From Octopus sinensis (lineage: Eukaryota), in assembly GCF_006345805.1 (NCBI RefSeq), contig NC_043003.1:30566001-30630000 (forward strand): DNA of 64,000 bases, written 5' to 3'. The notes below the pieces were generated by a model, which saw only the letters and a list, made by a program, of their open reading frames with translations, did not search any database and was not told the DNA's origin. Shown here piece by piece: positions 61,791-64,000 of this stretch. Both the position numbers and the translations under genes were made by a program. The stretch's first letter is position 1, and every line of letters starts with the position of its first letter.

Positions 61791-63248
61791 AATTAAGAAA
61801 AAAAAACCCAAAACAAAATAGATTCCAAATTGATTCAAAAATAGAATTTTGAAGTTTTTCACACCAACCACATGTTGGCCAAAACTGATGGATCAAACCA
61901 TATTGTAAGCATTGATGCCTTTTATGATAGTATGGAGTGTGGTCCTGAGCTTAAAACTTAGCAGGAGCCTTGCTACAATACTATTATTTTGTACTAATTA
62001 CTATCAATACACTGACTACACTATCAGTCTCTCTTTCTGGATACACTGATTAAATGTAGCAACAACACATTCACTGCTAGATGAATAAACATAATTCTAG
62101 TTTTCACTTAGACAATGGATATTGATATACATCAAAGTAATATAAAAATATATAGCTATATTATAATTACTTTGCGTTACAAATCTCTTATGATAAAAGG
62201 CAGATTTTCTCTGCCTCCCAAACCGTTCGTTTTTTATACAATTCTACAATATAGAATTTCTTCAATTGGAATTTACCTATCATTTTTACAAGTAGATTCC
62301 ATCGGGTCGTGGCATGTAAAGTTTTTTCAATTTCACCCCCAATTAAGCAAAAATTTGAGAAAAGTAAATATTTTACGATTTCCCTCTTTCATTTCAAGTG
62401 CTTCACTCCTACCATTACACTTTCTCCTCGCAAGTGTGCAACAATTAAAGTGAAAGTATTTATATAAAAGGAATGAGCAATTAATACTGGTCATCCTTTT
62501 TGCTAGAAGAAGATCCGCTGTGGTCTTATATGCTACACCACTGGTTTTCAATTCATATTAATCAAATTAATATTCAATTTTTCACCCTTATTATGTGTGT
62601 GTGTATTAGCAATTCGTATAAAATTGCATCAATGACTTGAACTTGAATAAGTGGTTTCACATAAATGGGGATACATTTAAAAGGTTTGTTGTTGTTATTA
62701 TTACTGTTTGACTATTGTAATCACGTTTGTTGGTTCCTTGTCAGGGAAACGTTGTTGTGTTGCATTTGTTGAATAATTGTAAATGGTAACCCCCCCCCTT
62801 TCAGAGAAGGGGCTTTGGTTATTGTTTTAAAATTGAATTGTGTCCCTGTTTGGGGAAATTGACAATATTTTCACTGTCTTTACGGAAGCATTTTTGTTAA
62901 AATGCCTTCGATAGAAGAAAGTCCAAAAATGAATTTCGCTGCAGCCGTACACTTCTATACAAGAGGGAGGACAAGATCCAATTGATCGAAATTGCAAGAG
63001 ACGGGCCTACAATTCCAGTCTGTTATATATTTTGAGTATTGTTATCACTAGCGATATCAAGATATAACTTTGTATTTTGTATTTTATGTGTAGATGTATA
63101 TATATATATATATATATATATAGATGTACATGTAATATGTACACATATATACATGCATAATATATCTACTCATACACACACACACACATACATAGGGGCA
63201 GGTGTGGCTGTGTGGTAACAAACTACGTTCGAAGATACTGTACTTGAT

Positions 63249-64000
63249 ATGGGTGGTAGTGCCTTGCCGGTCTATGGCCTACCTTCAACAAACTGGGAAG
63301 GCACAAACACTCTGTCTTCACATTTGCTGCGTGAGATATGTTTTAATGTTGACGAGCTTGCCGAGTACATAGCCGACAATGAGCCAAAGCTCCTTCCAGA
63401 ACAGAAGTTCGCTTACAACTCCGTCTTTAATTCAGTCTGGGCCAAAGCTGGGGGGATTTTTTTCCTGGACGCTCCTGGGGGTACTGGGAAAACTTTTCTC
63501 AATAAATTAATATTGGCTGAGATTAGGCGAACACAAGGCATTGCCCTAGCTGTGGCATCATCTGGAATTGCGGCTACTTTGTTGCCAGGCGGCAGGACAG
63601 CTCACTCCACTTTCAAGCTTCCGCTTGACTTAGCGAAGACTGAGACACCAACTTGCAACATCAGTAACAGCTCCGATCAGGCAGAAGTCTTCAGACGATG
63701 CAAGCTTATCGTTTGGGATGAATGCACGATGGCCCACAGAGGTGCTCTTGAGGCACTAGATAGATCTCTCAGAGACATCAAACACTCTTCAGCTCCCATG
63801 GGAGGCATAACACTTCTTCTTTCAGGGGACTTCTGACAAACACCTCCCGTTATTCCCAAAGGGACTAGAACTGATGCAGTAAGTGCATGTCTTAAGTCAT
63901 CCACATTGTGGCCACTGGTGAAGACTCTCAAACTTCACACCAATATGCGTGCTCATATGCGACGTAATATCACATCAGCAGCATTTTCTCACACCCTCCT
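63249..64000 (+). mobile_element. Helitron PIF1-like helicase fragment (pseudogenised, runs off the window)
   Basis: FFLDAPGGTGKTF, VASSGIAATLLPGGRTAHSTF, LIVWDECTM, GDF*QTPPV (GDFRQ with a nonsense codon); the 5' side abuts a SINE-A head at 63192-63225. Confidence 0.9.

Noticed and set aside
63249-63836. Host PIF1 helicase gene
   Set aside because: Intronless, truncated by a SINE, has a nonsense codon in GDFRQ, and shows Helitron-type motifs (DAPGGTGKT, VASSGIAA).

Overview
AT-rich eukaryotic genomic DNA, most likely from an octopus or other coleoid cephalopod. That assignment is an inference from the tandem C2H2 gene cluster and the repeat families; it was not database-checked. The window holds a poly-C2H2 zinc-finger gene cluster with five intact genes: ZNF-1 (2707-3954, -), ZNF-2 (11318-12847, -), ZNF-3 (26826-27935, -), ZNF-4 (44865-46469, -) and ZNF-5 (54985-56148, +). 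Each has 11-17 canonical fingers in one coding exon and no recognisable KRAB/SCAN/ZAD/BTB domain. Three decayed zinc-finger pseudogene segments lie between them. Paralog comparison supports a shared gene model: a non-coding exon 1, one intron, then a 380-550 nt leader, CDS and 3'UTR. The rest is dense transposon debris: three tRNA-derived SINE families, RTE, CR1/L2, R4/Dong-like and Penelope-like retroelements, Tc1/mariner/maT/hAT remnants, Helitrons and several long fold-back elements. There are no prokaryotic features, CRISPR arrays, rRNA or true tRNA genes. I cannot demonstrate a new system. The best candidates are: (1) every intact gene stops inside a finger repeat and continues as fossil fingers; (2) a family-wide atypical first finger and linker that may stand in for an effector domain; (3) a 38-nt minimal hammerhead-ribozyme variant in a Penelope terminus; (4) long dsRNA-forming hairpins in and around the genes; (5) a Tc1 element with DD36E spacing.
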